From: an uncultured Holophagales bacterium
GTDB taxonomy: Bacteria > Acidobacteriota > Thermoanaerobaculia > Multivoradales > UBA5704
Length of the DNA stretch: 64,000 bases
NCBI GenBank assembly: GCA_963842525.1
Contig: CAWJGT010000019.1
Span: forward strand, 1 to 64,000
Direction of reading: 5' to 3'
The notes under the pieces are model-generated. The model saw only the letters and a list, made by a program, of their open reading frames with translations, was not told the origin of the DNA and did no database searches. Each line of letters opens with the position of its first letter. Positions within the stretch are counted from its first letter, which is position 1. This document shows, one piece after another, positions 29,586 to 39,642 of this stretch. The position numbers were made by a program, and so were the translations under genes.

Positions 29586-30900
29586 GGCTCGTCACAAAAT
29601 AACTGTCCCAGATTGGACTTCCTCCATTGGGCGGATCGTATAGTTCCATTCACCGTGGAAACTGTCGCAACTGAGGCGCACTTTCTTCACCTCCTGCCGG
29701 GTTATTTTACGTCCTGGCGGATACTTCCTTGTGTCGATCTCCGCACGGACCTTGAGCCCCGTCTTGGTCGTTGTCGCGGCGATCAGGTTAACGATGACCT
29801 GATGGCTGACGAGGGGCTTTCCTCGCCAATTTTGGCTGATGAAGGAGAACAGCCGATGTTCGATCTTGTTCCACTTACTCGTGCCAGGAGGGAGATGGCA
29901 CACCGAGATCGGTATCCCAAGCTCATTGGCCAGTTGCTGAAGCTCAATTTTCCACAGGCGGAGACGAGCGCCATTGCTGCCGCCTCCATCAGCGGTAATC
30001 AGAAGACGCCGAGCGTCGGGAAAGGCCTCCAGCCCCATTGACCGCCACCAGCGGCGAATTGTTTCCACCGCGAAACTGGCTGTATCGTGGTCCGTACCCA
30101 CGCTGACCCAGCCTCTGTTGTTCGCCAGATCGTACACACCATAAGGAATGGCGCGGCCCAACTCGGGTATCACAAAGTCATGAACCTTGACCCTTTCGGG
30201 AGTGCCTTGAGGCCGTAGCTCACGGCCTCCATTTTTGAACTCACCCACCAGCTCTTTCTTCTTCGTGTCCACCGAGATCACAGGATCGCCGGTTGCTTGA
30301 TACTCCTCCACCAGCCGATTGATATGCCCGAACTGTGCATCCCTGTCCGGGTGGCTGGAGCCTTCCAGAGTCTTGCTGTTGGCCTGAAGGCTGTATCCAA
30401 GCTCATGCAGGATCGAGGCAACCATGCGATGGCTCGTCTGATGCCCGATCCGCTTTAATTCGTCGGCCAAACGGCGAACACTTTTACAGGTCCAGCGAAG
30501 GGGCGACTCGGGATCTCCGCGCATGGTGGGATTGACGAGTTGCTCCAGGTCCGTCTTCAACGTCTGATCCACTTCGGCAGTTTTCTTCCTGCCGCCGCCC
30601 GGTCGGCGAGTTCTCCTGGCAGGAGACCGAGGCGCCGAAACCTGCCGTAACTCTTTGAGGCCTCTGTTGATCGTACGGCGAGAAATCCCGGTGGCTCGCG
30701 CCACTACGGAAGCGCCCCCAAATCCAAGTGCTTCCGCTTCTGCAGCGGCGAAAAGTCGGCGCATCCTCTCGTCAAGGTTCTCTTCAAGCAACTCAAACCT
30801 TCGCCGAATCGCCGTTTCGTCGTACATCCAACCCGAGTATACAGCAGAAAACACTTGACATGGACACCCAAATGTGGGACAGTTATTTTGTGACGAGCCC
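29585..30900 (-). mobile_element. ISAzo13-family insertion sequence, 1316 bp
   Basis: Perfect 26-bp terminal IRs gggctcgtcacaaaataactgtccca (29585-29610 / 30875-30900) and TTA target duplication (29582-84, 30901-03). Confidence 0.95.
29592..30827 (-). CDS. ISAzo13-family DDE transposase
   Basis: RGDPESPLRWTCKS, ISVDTKKKELVG, LITADGGGSNG, HLPPGTSKWNKIEHRLFS and FHGEWNYTI. Confidence 0.95.
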   Translation of the reverse strand: MYDETAIRRRFELLEENLDERMRRLFAAAEAEALGFGGASVVARATGISRRTINRGLKELRQVSAPRSPARRTRRPGGGRKKTAEVDQTLKTDLEQLVNPTMRGDPESPLRWTCKSVRRLADELKRIGHQTSHRMVASILHELGYSLQANSKTLEGSSHPDRDAQFGHINRLVEEYQATGDPVISVDTKKKELVGEFKNGGRELRPQGTPERVKVHDFVIPELGRAIPYGVYDLANNRGWVSVGTDHDTASFAVETIRRWWRSMGLEAFPDARRLLITADGGGSNGARLRLWKIELQQLANELGIPISVCHLPPGTSKWNKIEHRLFSFISQNWRGKPLVSHQVIVNLIAATTTKTGLKVRAEIDTRKYPPGRKITRQEVKKVRLSCDSFHGEWNYTIRPMEEVQSGTVIL

Positions 30901-31325
30901 TTAGGAGACGTCAGGGGCTGGAGAAGATCGATTCTCTCTTCGGTCTCGGCGATCTCCACTTCGAGCAGGGAGAACGACCACTCGCCCGCGGATTTCCTCG
31001 CCTCGAGATAGATGGTGGCCTTTCCCTTGGGCCCGGAAATCGGGATGGACAGATTGGCATCCCCCGATGGGCCGCTCACATTGATATTGCCGGAGGTAAA
31101 GTAGCCCGCCTTGATCGGCGTTCCGAGCGCCTCAGCCACGGCCGGGCTGGCCTGGGCCCTGGCCAGGGCCTCCTTGTAGACATCGGACGACCTCATCACC
31201 CCAAAGACGATCCCCAGAATGAAGGCGACGAGGCCCGCCACACAAACGATCCCTGCCAGGCAACCGGCCGGCAGAACCCACTTCCAGTTGCGATCCCACC
31301 AATTCCTCTCTGGTGCCTGAGTCAT
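30901..31325 (-). CDS. Coa1-like membrane protein; 3' end interrupted by the IS and reading through in frame into the transposase
   Basis: WWDRNWKWVLP-TM-...ALGTPI...GDANLSIPISGPKGKATIYLEA. Confidence 0.82.
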
Positions 31326-31343
31326 AGTTTGCCCGTTTCGATT

Positions 31344-31646
31344 TTACAGCACCACCTCGAATCCTTCAAACACTGGATGCCCGGCGAGGGTGCCCTGGGG
31401 GGAGCGGGCGTCGCCGTGGGCCTTGTGGAAGGCCTCGGACTCGGTCCAGGCGGTGAAGGCTTCTTGCGAGTCCCAGGTGGAGTGGGAGACGAAGACGGTC
31501 ATCCCCTCCTTCGTCTCGCCGCGCAGCAGGTGGAAGGTGCGGAAGCCGGGCACTTCATGGAGATAGCTGTCGCGCCGGCGCCACATCTCCTCGAAGACCT
31601 CTTCGCGGCCGGCGTTCACCCGAAAGCGGTTCATCGCGATGTACAT
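31344..31646 (-). CDS. ABM-domain monooxygenase (IsdG/HmuQ-like heme-degrading type)
   Basis: MYIAMNRFRV...VPGF...FHLLRG...W...F.AWTESEAF..AH. Confidence 0.9.
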   Translation of the reverse strand: MYIAMNRFRVNAGREEVFEEMWRRRDSYLHEVPGFRTFHLLRGETKEGMTVFVSHSTWDSQEAFTAWTESEAFHKAHGDARSPQGTLAGHPVFEGFEVVL

Positions 31647-31651
31647 GGCGG

Positions 31652-32630
31652 TCAGTCCTCCAACAGGCCCTTTTTCTGCAGCCAGTTCTTGTTGAGCTTC
31701 GAGAGGTAGCGCTCGCCCGAGTCCGGGAAGAGGGTGACGACCAGGCCGTCCGCGCCGAGGCCCTGCGCCACCTGGCGGGCGCCGGCGGCCGCGGCGCCGG
31801 AGGAGGAGCCCACGAAGATCGCGTCGTTCCGCGCCAGGTCCATCGTCGCCTTGTAGGCGGTCTTGTCGTCGATGGTCACGATGCCGTCGATATAGTCCCA
31901 CCAGACGCAGGTCGGCAGGAAATCCTCGCCGATGCCATCGATCAGATATTGATGGATCTGGTCCTCCGGCGGCAGCTCGCGGTGCTCGAAGTAGTAGGCG
32001 TAGACGCTCCCCACGGTGTCGACGCCGATCACCTGGATCTCCGGATTCTGCTCCTTGAGATACTTGGCGACGCCGCTGATCGTGCCGCCGGTGCCCACGC
32101 CGACCACCCAATGCGTGATCTTTCCGTCGGTCTGGCGCCAGATCTCCGGGCCGGTCGTGCGGTAGTGCGCCTCAGGGTTGGCCTGGTTGTAGTACTGATA
32201 AGGAAGATAGGCTCCCTCCTCGTCGCGGATGCGTTCCGCCACCTTGTAGTAGGAGCGGGGATCGTCCGCCGCCAGATTGGTCGGGACAGGGGATCACGGT
32301 GGCGCCGAGGGCCTCGAGGAGCGCGATCTTCTCCTGGGGGATCTTGTCGGGGGCGGTGCAGATCAGCCGGTAACCTTTGAGGTTGGCCGCCATGGCCAGG
32401 CCCACGCCCGTGTTGCCCGAGGTCGGCTCGACAATGGTGCCGCCCGGCTTCAACAGGCCCGCCTTCTCGCCCGCCTCGATCATGGCGATGCCGATCCGGT
32501 CCTTCACGCTGGAGCCGGGGTTGAAGTACTCGAGCTTGGCCGCCAGGGTGGCGGGGCCGGGGAAGAACCGGCCGAGCTTGACCAGGGGGGTGTTCCCCAG
32601 GGTCTCCAGGACGTTCTCGTAGATCTCCAT
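31652..32630 (-). CDS. Cysteine synthase / cystathionine beta-synthase family PLP enzyme (indels near 32250-32290)
   Basis: GNTPLV, NPGSSVKDRI, EPTSGNTG, GVGTGGT, DGIGEDF and FPDSGERYLSK. Confidence 0.92.
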
Positions 32631-32662
32631 ATCAGCTCCGATCGCGGCGCGCCGCGAAGGTG

Positions 32663-32826
32663 TCAGTCCAGGAAAATCGCCGCCAGCTCCATGGCCTCGT
32701 CCTCGGCAAAGCCCGCACGGGAGAGGTTGGCGAGTTCTGCGGCGCGGTCTGCCCCTGCAGGGCCGCCGTGATCAGGCAGACGGCCAGGAAGAGACGTGCT
32801 CGGTGGAGGCTCGGATGGGATTTCAT
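32663..32826 (-). CDS. Possible small hypothetical protein (frame ambiguous)
   Basis: MKSHPSLHRARLFLAVCLITAAL in one frame and ELANLSRAGFAEDEAMELAAIFLD* in another. Confidence 0.3.
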
Positions 32827-32963
32827 CGGGTGGCCCGCAAAAGGCCGGCATGCTAGCACACGGGGTTAGAATCGAATGCGTAAACCCTGAAGGTCGGCGG
32901 CTCGGCCTCGCGCCGTAACGCGAAGGGGCACGGGAGCGCCTGAACAGCGGGAGGAGATCGCCC

Positions 32964-34533
32964 ATGCGCACGAAGCTGGAGCACGAGGCCAACGGCACGG
33001 TGCCGCAGGAGGGCTCGCCCGAAGAGGCCGCCTGGGCGCGGCGGCAGGCCAAGCGCGCGAGCCGGACGATCCTCCTCCCCTTCCTCCTCATGGTGGGCCT
33101 GTGCCTGGCGCTGCGGCTGTTCAGCCTGTCCGGGGCGACCGCCGACCTCACCAGCCTGGCGGGGAAGACCGCCCCGCAGGGGGCCCCGGAGCCGATCAAC
33201 CGCATGGCCAGCCGCCTGGCCGAGGAGGTCTACGGTCGCGAGCATCATGACGACGAGGTCAAGCGGTACGAGCACCTCGTGCGGGTCATCGCCAACCGCG
33301 TCAACGACATCCAGGAGTCCGAAAGCGCGGGACCGGGGGCGGTCCTCTGGCTCTCCCGGGCGGGCCTCCGGGGCGATCCCTGCGCCCAGGCGGCGGGCCG
33401 GGCGGCCGTGTTCTGCCGCCAGACCTACGTCACCATGCTGGCGAACCTCTGGTTCCCCGCCTCGTTCCAGGCCGTGCTGATCCTCTTCTTCCCGGCGCTG
33501 TTCATCGCCAGCTTCTGGCGCGCGGCCCAGGGAGTCGAGAAGGGCTCGGCGCTCGCCCGGCAAGGCTTCCCGACCTTCGCCTCGGAAGTCTGGTACCGGC
33601 GGTACCGCTCCCTGCTGGAGGACCAGAACCACGCCTTCTTCTGGCGCCGGGCGGGTTTCGCCTTCCTGCTCGGCTACGGCTCGCTCTATCTGCTGGCGCC
33701 GCTGGGCTTGAAGGCGATGACGATCGGCGAGTACCTGGCGCTGCACGCGATCCCGGGCGAGCCGACCTATCCCTTCCTGCTCACCGCCTTCCAGCGGGCG
33801 CAGCCCTTCACGATCGGCTTCGCCGGCTACTTCCTCTACGCCCTGACCGCGTTCGTGCGCCGCTATTCCACCCACGAGCTGCACGACCGGATCTTCATGC
33901 CGCTCTTCATCCGTGGCATCACCGTGGCGCTCCTGAGCTGGGTGCTCGCCACCCTGGGCGAGGCGGGGGCCTCTCGCGGGTCCTTGTCTTCGCGGCCGGC
34001 ATCTTTCCCCAGGCCGGGCTTCAGGCCATCGCCAAGATGACGCAGACAACGGTCGACCGCCTCTCGGCCGAGGGGACGTCGGGCTTCAAGACCATCCCGG
34101 AGATCGACTTCTGGAAGGAGACGACGCTCCAGGAGATCGGGGTCAACGACTTCAACGACCTCGCCAAGGCGGATCTGCGGGAGCTGGTCGTGACCCTCGG
34201 GATGAATCCGGCGGTGCTGGTGCGCGCGGCGGACCGCGCGGTGCTGGTCCACCTGCTGGGTGCAGCGGCGGCCGAAAGCTCGCCGCCGTGCCGCTCTACA
34301 CGGGGAGCGAGGCGTCCTCTACACCCGCGGCGCGGGCGCCTGGTCAGGAGTGCCGCCCGAGAAGGTCCGCCACCCCCTGGTCCGGCCGCTCACCGAGGAG
34401 CAAAAGACGGAGCGGGAAAAGAGGGTCGAGAAGGTCCTGGGAGCCGAGGACGTCGCCTGCAGCTCGACCGGCTCGCGATCGAAGGCAAACCCGCTACGTG
34501 ATCGAGAGCCGGCTGACCTACGGGAGCCTGTGA
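32964..34533 (+). CDS. Multi-pass membrane protein with cytoplasmic helical C-terminal domain (several indels after 33970)
   Basis: RBS GGAGGAG and several TM helices. Continues as ...IPEIDFWKETTLQEIGVNDFNDLAKAD in ORF 34037. 3' end approximate. Confidence 0.65.
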
Positions 34534-34540
34534 CCGGAGG

Positions 34541-35626
34541 CTACCCTTCCCAGTCCCAGAAGAAATCCTTGTTGGTGAGCACGGATTCCTCCTCCCGCCG
34601 TTGCTCCTCCTCGGCGGTGAGGCCGCCTTCCTCGGGCTTGAGCTCGCCGCGGGCCACGGCGAGCTGGTCCACCAGGTCGTCGGTCTCCTGCTGCCAGTAG
34701 TCGGGAGCGCCGAACTGCGGCCAGGCGGCCGGGAAGGCCGGATCGTGCCAGCGGCGGGCGATCCAGGCGGCATAGTGGACCATCCGCAGGCCGCGCAGCG
34801 GCTCGATCAGCACCAGCGTCGAACGATCGAACTCACGGAGCTGCTCGTACCCCTCCAGGAACATCTCCCGCTGCCGCAGCGCCCAGGCGTCACGGCCGGG
34901 GAGGGCCAACCAGAGGTCCTGCACCGCCGGACCGGCCACCATGTCGTCGAAGTCGAGGACGTGCAGCAGGCCGTCGCGGAACAGCAGGTTGCCCAGGTGG
35001 AGGTCGCCGTGGATGCGGTGGACGAGGACGTCCTTCAGCAGGCTGTCCACGATGTCGGCGAGAGCGAGGGCCGCATCGAAATACCGGTTGCGCAGCGTCT
35101 TCGGCAGCACCTCGTGCTCGGCAAGCCAGTCGACGTCCTCGCGGATGAAGAGGTCAGCGTTCAGGGGCAGCCGGTGCGCAGCCGGGCGCCGGGCCCCGGT
35201 GTTGTGCATCCGCGCGACGAGCATGCCCAGCCGGCGGACCGTGGCGTTGTCGAGCTCGTCGGGAGCGCGGCCTCCCTGGCGGTCCGACAGGGTGTACCAG
35301 ATGCCGTCGATCTGCCGCAGGGTGCCGCCGCCCGGGAACTCGCGCACGGTGCAGACGGGGATCTCGTCGGCCGCGAGGTCGTCCAGGAACTGGTGCTCTT
35401 CGAGGATCTGCGCCTCGGACCACCGCCCCGGGCGGTAGAACTTGGCCACCACGCGGCTGCGGTCCTCGAGCTCGACCTCATAGACCCGGTTCTCGAAGGA
35501 GTTCAGGACATAGCAGACTGGGTTGCACCGCAGCCCGCCCGCCTCGACGGCGGCGAGCACCTTCTCGGGCGTCAGGGTCAGGAACAGGTCGGTCGCGGGC
35601 TCGACGAGGTGGGTCGAAAACTTCAT
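34541..35626 (-). CDS. srkA: Stress response kinase SrkA (RdoA/YihE)
   Basis: LNSFENRVY, VAKFYRPGRWS..QILEEH.F, IHGDLHLGN, LDFDD, GPAVQDLW and ARRWHDPAFP. Confidence 0.95.
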   Translation of the reverse strand: MKFSTHLVEPATDLFLTLTPEKVLAAVEAGGLRCNPVCYVLNSFENRVYEVELEDRSRVVAKFYRPGRWSEAQILEEHQFLDDLAADEIPVCTVREFPGGGTLRQIDGIWYTLSDRQGGRAPDELDNATVRRLGMLVARMHNTGARRPAAHRLPLNADLFIREDVDWLAEHEVLPKTLRNRYFDAALALADIVDSLLKDVLVHRIHGDLHLGNLLFRDGLLHVLDFDDMVAGPAVQDLWLALPGRDAWALRQREMFLEGYEQLREFDRSTLVLIEPLRGLRMVHYAAWIARRWHDPAFPAAWPQFGAPDYWQQETDDLVDQLAVARGELKPEEGGLTAEEEQRREEESVLTNKDFFWDWEG

Positions 35627-35789
35627 GAGGCCAATGTAGCACGGCCCTGAAGACGCAGCAGGTAGAGTGCGAACCGAGGCTGCGAGAGTGAACCTGTTGT
35701 CATCTGCGGCCGAGCCATGCCGCAGGCGACTTCACACGCCAAGTCGTTGACAGCTCATGAGATGCCATCGAGATCGAGGCTCTGCCCAT

Positions 35790-36116
35790 GGACCGGGCAC
35801 AACGTGCCACAGTCTCTGGACCGTGCTTCAAGGACCGCACTTCATGTGCCACGGACCGCGGTCAACGTGACGTTTCCTACAGTCAATGCTTGAAAGCCCC
35901 GGGTCCGCGTGACGTTTCCTGTAGTCAATGCTTGAAGGCCCCGGGTCCGCGTGACGTTTCCTGTAGTCAATGCTACAGGGACCCGGGTCCGCGTGGCGTT
36001 TCCTGTAATCAATGCTTCAAGGCCCCGGGTCCGCGCCCCGTTTCCTACAGTCAATGCTTGAAGGACCGCGGTCCGCGTGACTTTTTCTCCAATCCTTACC
36101 TGAGGCACCGCGGTCT
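35790..36116. repeat. Tandem array of 42-bp units (21-bp sub-period), ~7.5 copies
   Basis: Consensus ggmccsgggtccgcgtgacgtttcctryagtcaatgcttgaa. Open in one frame on each strand. Confidence 0.92.
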
Positions 36117-36193
36117 GTGAGGCCTGCCGCGCGGACGACGTCGCTCGAAGTGCACCCGACGTGACGATGGGCGGTCGATCCTCTGTCGTCACG

Positions 36194-38932
36194 CTACGGA
36201 ACGACGTCCGCCTTCGGGATGGCCCACGGCTCGTAGCCGTGGACGCCGTCGTTGGCGCCGGTCATCACCAGGTTCCGGATCGTGGTGAACGGACCCGGGG
36301 ACGAGGCGTCGCGGCCGGCGTTGATGTCGCCGACCTGGCGAGTGCCGGCGGCGGTTCCGTCGGTGCGCCAGGGCTCCAGGCCGGTGAGGCCGTCGTCGGC
36401 GGCGAAGAGGAGGATGCCGCCGGTTCCTCCGACCAGGGTCAGGGACTGCGGCGAAGAGTTGCCGGGACCGGGATTCAGATCGATCAGGAGGCCGGTGCCG
36501 GCGGTTTCGCCAGTGCTCGCCCACAGCTCGGCGCCGGTGGTTTCGTTATAGACGGTGAAGTAGAGGCGGCTGCCGGCGACCGTCAGGCTGCGCCCCCAGG
36601 AGGGATGGCCGTCCAGGGCGAGGTCGCGCACGCGGACGGTGCCTTGGGCCGAGCCATCGGTCCGCCAGAGCGATTCTCCCAGACCGGTGTTGGCGGCATT
36701 GGCGGCGAGGAAGTAGACGCGGTTGCCCAGGCGCACGAGGTCGTGCGGTTCGGAGCCCTGAGGGCCGGGGAGGATGTCGGCCACGCGGTGGGTGCCGCGG
36801 AAGGTGCCGTTGGAGATCCACAGCTCGCGCCCATGGGTGCCGTCGTCGGCGGTGAAGAGGGCGGCGCTGCCGAGGAGCACGAAGCTCTGGGGGTCCGAGC
36901 CGAGGCCGGTGTCGGGCCGGTGTCGGGGGTGAGACAGGTCCTCGCAGGGCGAGGGGGCGCCGGGGATGCGCCCGGAGTTGATGTCACGCACCCGCACGGT
37001 GCCCGCCGGCGTGCCGTCGCTCGCCCACAGCTCGCGGCCGTAACGGCCCTCGTCGGCGGCGAAGAGCAGCCGCCCCCCCACCACGGCGCCGAGGACCGGA
37101 CGGGAGGATTCGGCCTCGCACAGGTGGTGCGGCGCCGCCACGATGTACGGATCGATGTCTTTCACCAAGCCGGCGGGCCGTCTGAGCCCATCGGTCTTCC
37201 ACAGCTCGGTGCCGATCGAAGAATTGAGCCCGCCGAACAGGACCTGGCCGCCGAGCACGACCGGGTTGGAGAACCCGGTTTGGCCCGCCAGCAGCACGGT
37301 GCCGCCGGGCGTGCCGTCGGTCGACCACGTCCGGGGACTGTAGAAATGGTACCCGACGGAGGAGAAGAGGAGCCGGTTGCCGAACCGGAAGAACGACGTG
37401 GCCCAGTCGGCGTTCGTGCTGAGGAGCTGCGTTCCGGCGTCGGTGCCGTCGGACACGAAGAGGGGTGCGCGCGAGGACGTGGTCAGCGCGGAAAAGACGA
37501 GCTTCCCTCCCAAAGCGGCCTGGTCGATCGGCCCCGACGAGCTCGGCCCTGTGCTGAAGTCCCGCACCTGGTGCGTTCCGGCGTCGGTGCCGTCGGTGAC
37601 CCACAGCTCGATCCCCGGCTCGTTGCGGAAGAAGAACGCATGGTCCCCGGCCGGAAAGAGGTCCCGGCCGAGCGTGAGCCCGGGGGAGACCGGGAGCCGC
37701 CGCGTGCCCGCCGCGGTCCCGTCGGTCACCCAGAGCTGGCTGGGGTAGAAGGTCCCCGGTCCCCCGCGCAGGAAGACGAGGCGGTCGCCGAGGCTGACCA
37801 GGAACCGCACGTCGGCCACCGTGCCCAGGTCGAGCTTCGGACCGGTGGTCTCCACCGATCCGCGGGAGCTCCACAGGACGTTGTGGGCCACCGCCTGATT
37901 GTCCGCCACCGTGAAGAGGACCTCGCTGTCCGTGTTCACGAGATTGCTCAGGAAGGCCTCGTCGGGGACTTTCGTCATCCGGAAGGTTCCCTCGGGGGTG
38001 CCGTCCGAGCGAATGATCTCCCCTTGCGCCAGGGCCCCGACGAGGAGCCCGTGCCAGACCGTCCACCGATTCAACGCGTGGTCCCCCGGCGTTGGCGTGG
38101 CGAGCTCGTCGATGCTCTTGAGGCGGAAGGTCCCGGTGGTGGTCCCGTCCGTGCGCCAAAGCCCGTCGGGCGTCCAGAACCAGGCGAAGCCGTCCCCCGG
38201 AATCACATAGGAATTGCGTTGCAGAGGAATGTCGTCGGGGGACTCGAAGCGATGGGTGCCGCCCGCGGTGCCGTCCGTCACCCACAGCTCCAGGTCCGGC
38301 GTGTAGAGGTAAAACAGCGCCTTCCGGGCCGGAGTGTCGAGCGGGATGAGCGACGACAGGGTGTAGCAGCCGGTGCAGAATTCTTGCAGCGGGACCGTCC
38401 CCTCGGCCGTGCCGTCGGTCTGCCAGAGCGCGGCATGGAACGGTTCCTCCGAGTAGATTGTGGAGAGGAAGAGAAGCCGGCCCCCCACCTCTTCGACCGG
38501 GCTGGGCGAGGTGCCGCAGGGTCCCGGGCAGATGTCCTTCAGCCGCCGCTCGCTTCCCGGCGTGCCGTCGCTCACCCATATCTCCTGGCCTGAAAAGCCG
38601 TCGTCCGCCGTGAAGTACGCCTGCCCCGCGTGGACCGTGATCCCGGACGGCCCTGATGAGCCGCAATGCCCGGCCCCGGCGCAGACGTCGGTCACGCGCT
38701 CGGTGCCGCCGGACGTGCCGTCCGTCCGCCACAGCTCGTTGCCGTGCACCGGGTCGTCGACGGTGAAGTACGAAGCCGCCTGGGAGAATCCGCGCGGCTC
38801 CGCCGCCAGGAGGCCCCCAATATACGGGAGGGTGTTCAGATCCTTCACGAGATGAGGAGCTGCCGGGAGCGCCTGCGGGAGGAGGGCGGTGAGAGCTGCT
38901 GCCAGAGCGAAGCCAAGGGGACGCCTTACCAT
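36194..38932 (-). CDS. Secreted ELWxxDGT-repeat protein 1
   Basis: Signal peptide MVRRPLGFALAAAL and more than 12 (E)LWxTDGT repeats. Confidence 0.92.
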   Translation of the reverse strand: MVRRPLGFALAAALTALLPQALPAAPHLVKDLNTLPYIGGLLAAEPRGFSQAASYFTVDDPVHGNELWRTDGTSGGTERVTDVCAGAGHCGSSGPSGITVHAGQAYFTADDGFSGQEIWVSDGTPGSERRLKDICPGPCGTSPSPVEEVGGRLLFLSTIYSEEPFHAALWQTDGTAEGTVPLQEFCTGCYTLSSLIPLDTPARKALFYLYTPDLELWVTDGTAGGTHRFESPDDIPLQRNSYVIPGDGFAWFWTPDGLWRTDGTTTGTFRLKSIDELATPTPGDHALNRWTVWHGLLVGALAQGEIIRSDGTPEGTFRMTKVPDEAFLSNLVNTDSEVLFTVADNQAVAHNVLWSSRGSVETTGPKLDLGTVADVRFLVSLGDRLVFLRGGPGTFYPSQLWVTDGTAAGTRRLPVSPGLTLGRDLFPAGDHAFFFRNEPGIELWVTDGTDAGTHQVRDFSTGPSSSGPIDQAALGGKLVFSALTTSSRAPLFVSDGTDAGTQLLSTNADWATSFFRFGNRLLFSSVGYHFYSPRTWSTDGTPGGTVLLAGQTGFSNPVVLGGQVLFGGLNSSIGTELWKTDGLRRPAGLVKDIDPYIVAAPHHLCEAESSRPVLGAVVGGRLLFAADEGRYGRELWASDGTPAGTVRVRDINSGRIPGAPSPCEDLSHPRHRPDTGLGSDPQSFVLLGSAALFTADDGTHGRELWISNGTFRGTHRVADILPGPQGSEPHDLVRLGNRVYFLAANAANTGLGESLWRTDGSAQGTVRVRDLALDGHPSWGRSLTVAGSRLYFTVYNETTGAELWASTGETAGTGLLIDLNPGPGNSSPQSLTLVGGTGGILLFAADDGLTGLEPWRTDGTAAGTRQVGDINAGRDASSPGPFTTIRNLVMTGANDGVHGYEPWAIPKADVVP

Positions 38933-39084
38933 GGAGATCTCCGATCTGAGGGTCGAGGTCGATCCTCTGCTGTCGTTCGGCCTGTGCAACTTCTCTCAGC
39001 AATACGGACGGATGCAACGGATCGTCTACGGTAATGCCATCATACCAGGAGCGCGTTGACAGCTTCTCTCAGGCTTCGTCTGAT

Positions 39085-39170
39085 CGTAGATACCGTGCTC
39101 TTCCCCGCCCACGCGGCCGCCGACGATGCGTTCGTCGCCGAGCTACGCAAGGCCTTGCAGTCGGAGGGCG
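39085..39170 (+). pseudogene. Possible TIR-domain N-terminal remnant
   Basis: VLFPAHAAADDAFVAELRKAL resembles the FxSHAxxDxxFVxxLxxAL start of TIR_2 domains. Confidence 0.3.
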
Positions 39171-39428
39171 GGGGTTTGAGATCGGAGAGTTTCTGTGGCT
39201 GGACGCCGAGGCGGACGCCGCCCTCGCGGGTTGTCGCAAGGACGTCTCTTTTCCCAACAAGCTGACCTTGATCCCTCAGGCTGATCGCGCGATCACAGTA
39301 ACAGAAGGTGTTTCAGTTCGCATCTTGAAGGCCAGCACGGGCGAGGTACATGAAAATCTAACTCTAAATATCCGAGGAGCAGCAGACCGAAGTTTTTTCA
39401 GCTCGTGAGGAAAGACGCTGCGAGCTCT

Positions 39429-39492
39429 CTGCGGCACGTGGCGACGTCCCTCTCGCGGGACAACATCCAGGCGGCGGTCAGCCGGCTCAAGG
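39429..39492 (+). pseudogene. 64-bp internal fragment of the GspE-like gene
   Basis: Matches 42940-43003 with two synonymous changes. Confidence 0.9.
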
Positions 39493-39549
39493 GGCTCCTC
39501 GCACGTCCTGGTGGACGCCGTCGGATACTTCGCCCCCGGCAGCCCGTAG
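39493..39549 (+). pseudogene. 3'-terminal remnant of a PCRVVDTR-domain secreted protein
   Basis: GSSHVLVDAVGYFAPGSP* compared with the M23 protein end GQVDLVIDVNGYFADSPP*. Confidence 0.6.
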
Positions 39550-39642
39550 CGCGTTCTGAAAGAGGTCGAATCACCCGGAGCCTCGGCCCCCACAGGTGCC
39601 AGAGGCTCCTTCCGGATCCCTGTTTTCGGGTATCCTTTCTCC

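Noticed and set aside
32830-32963. Riboswitch in the leader of the membrane protein gene
   Set aside because: No recognisable aptamer consensus by eye. An Rfam scan would be needed.
35790-36116. CRISPR array
   Set aside because: Units are contiguous near-copies with no unique spacers, and there are no cas genes in the window.
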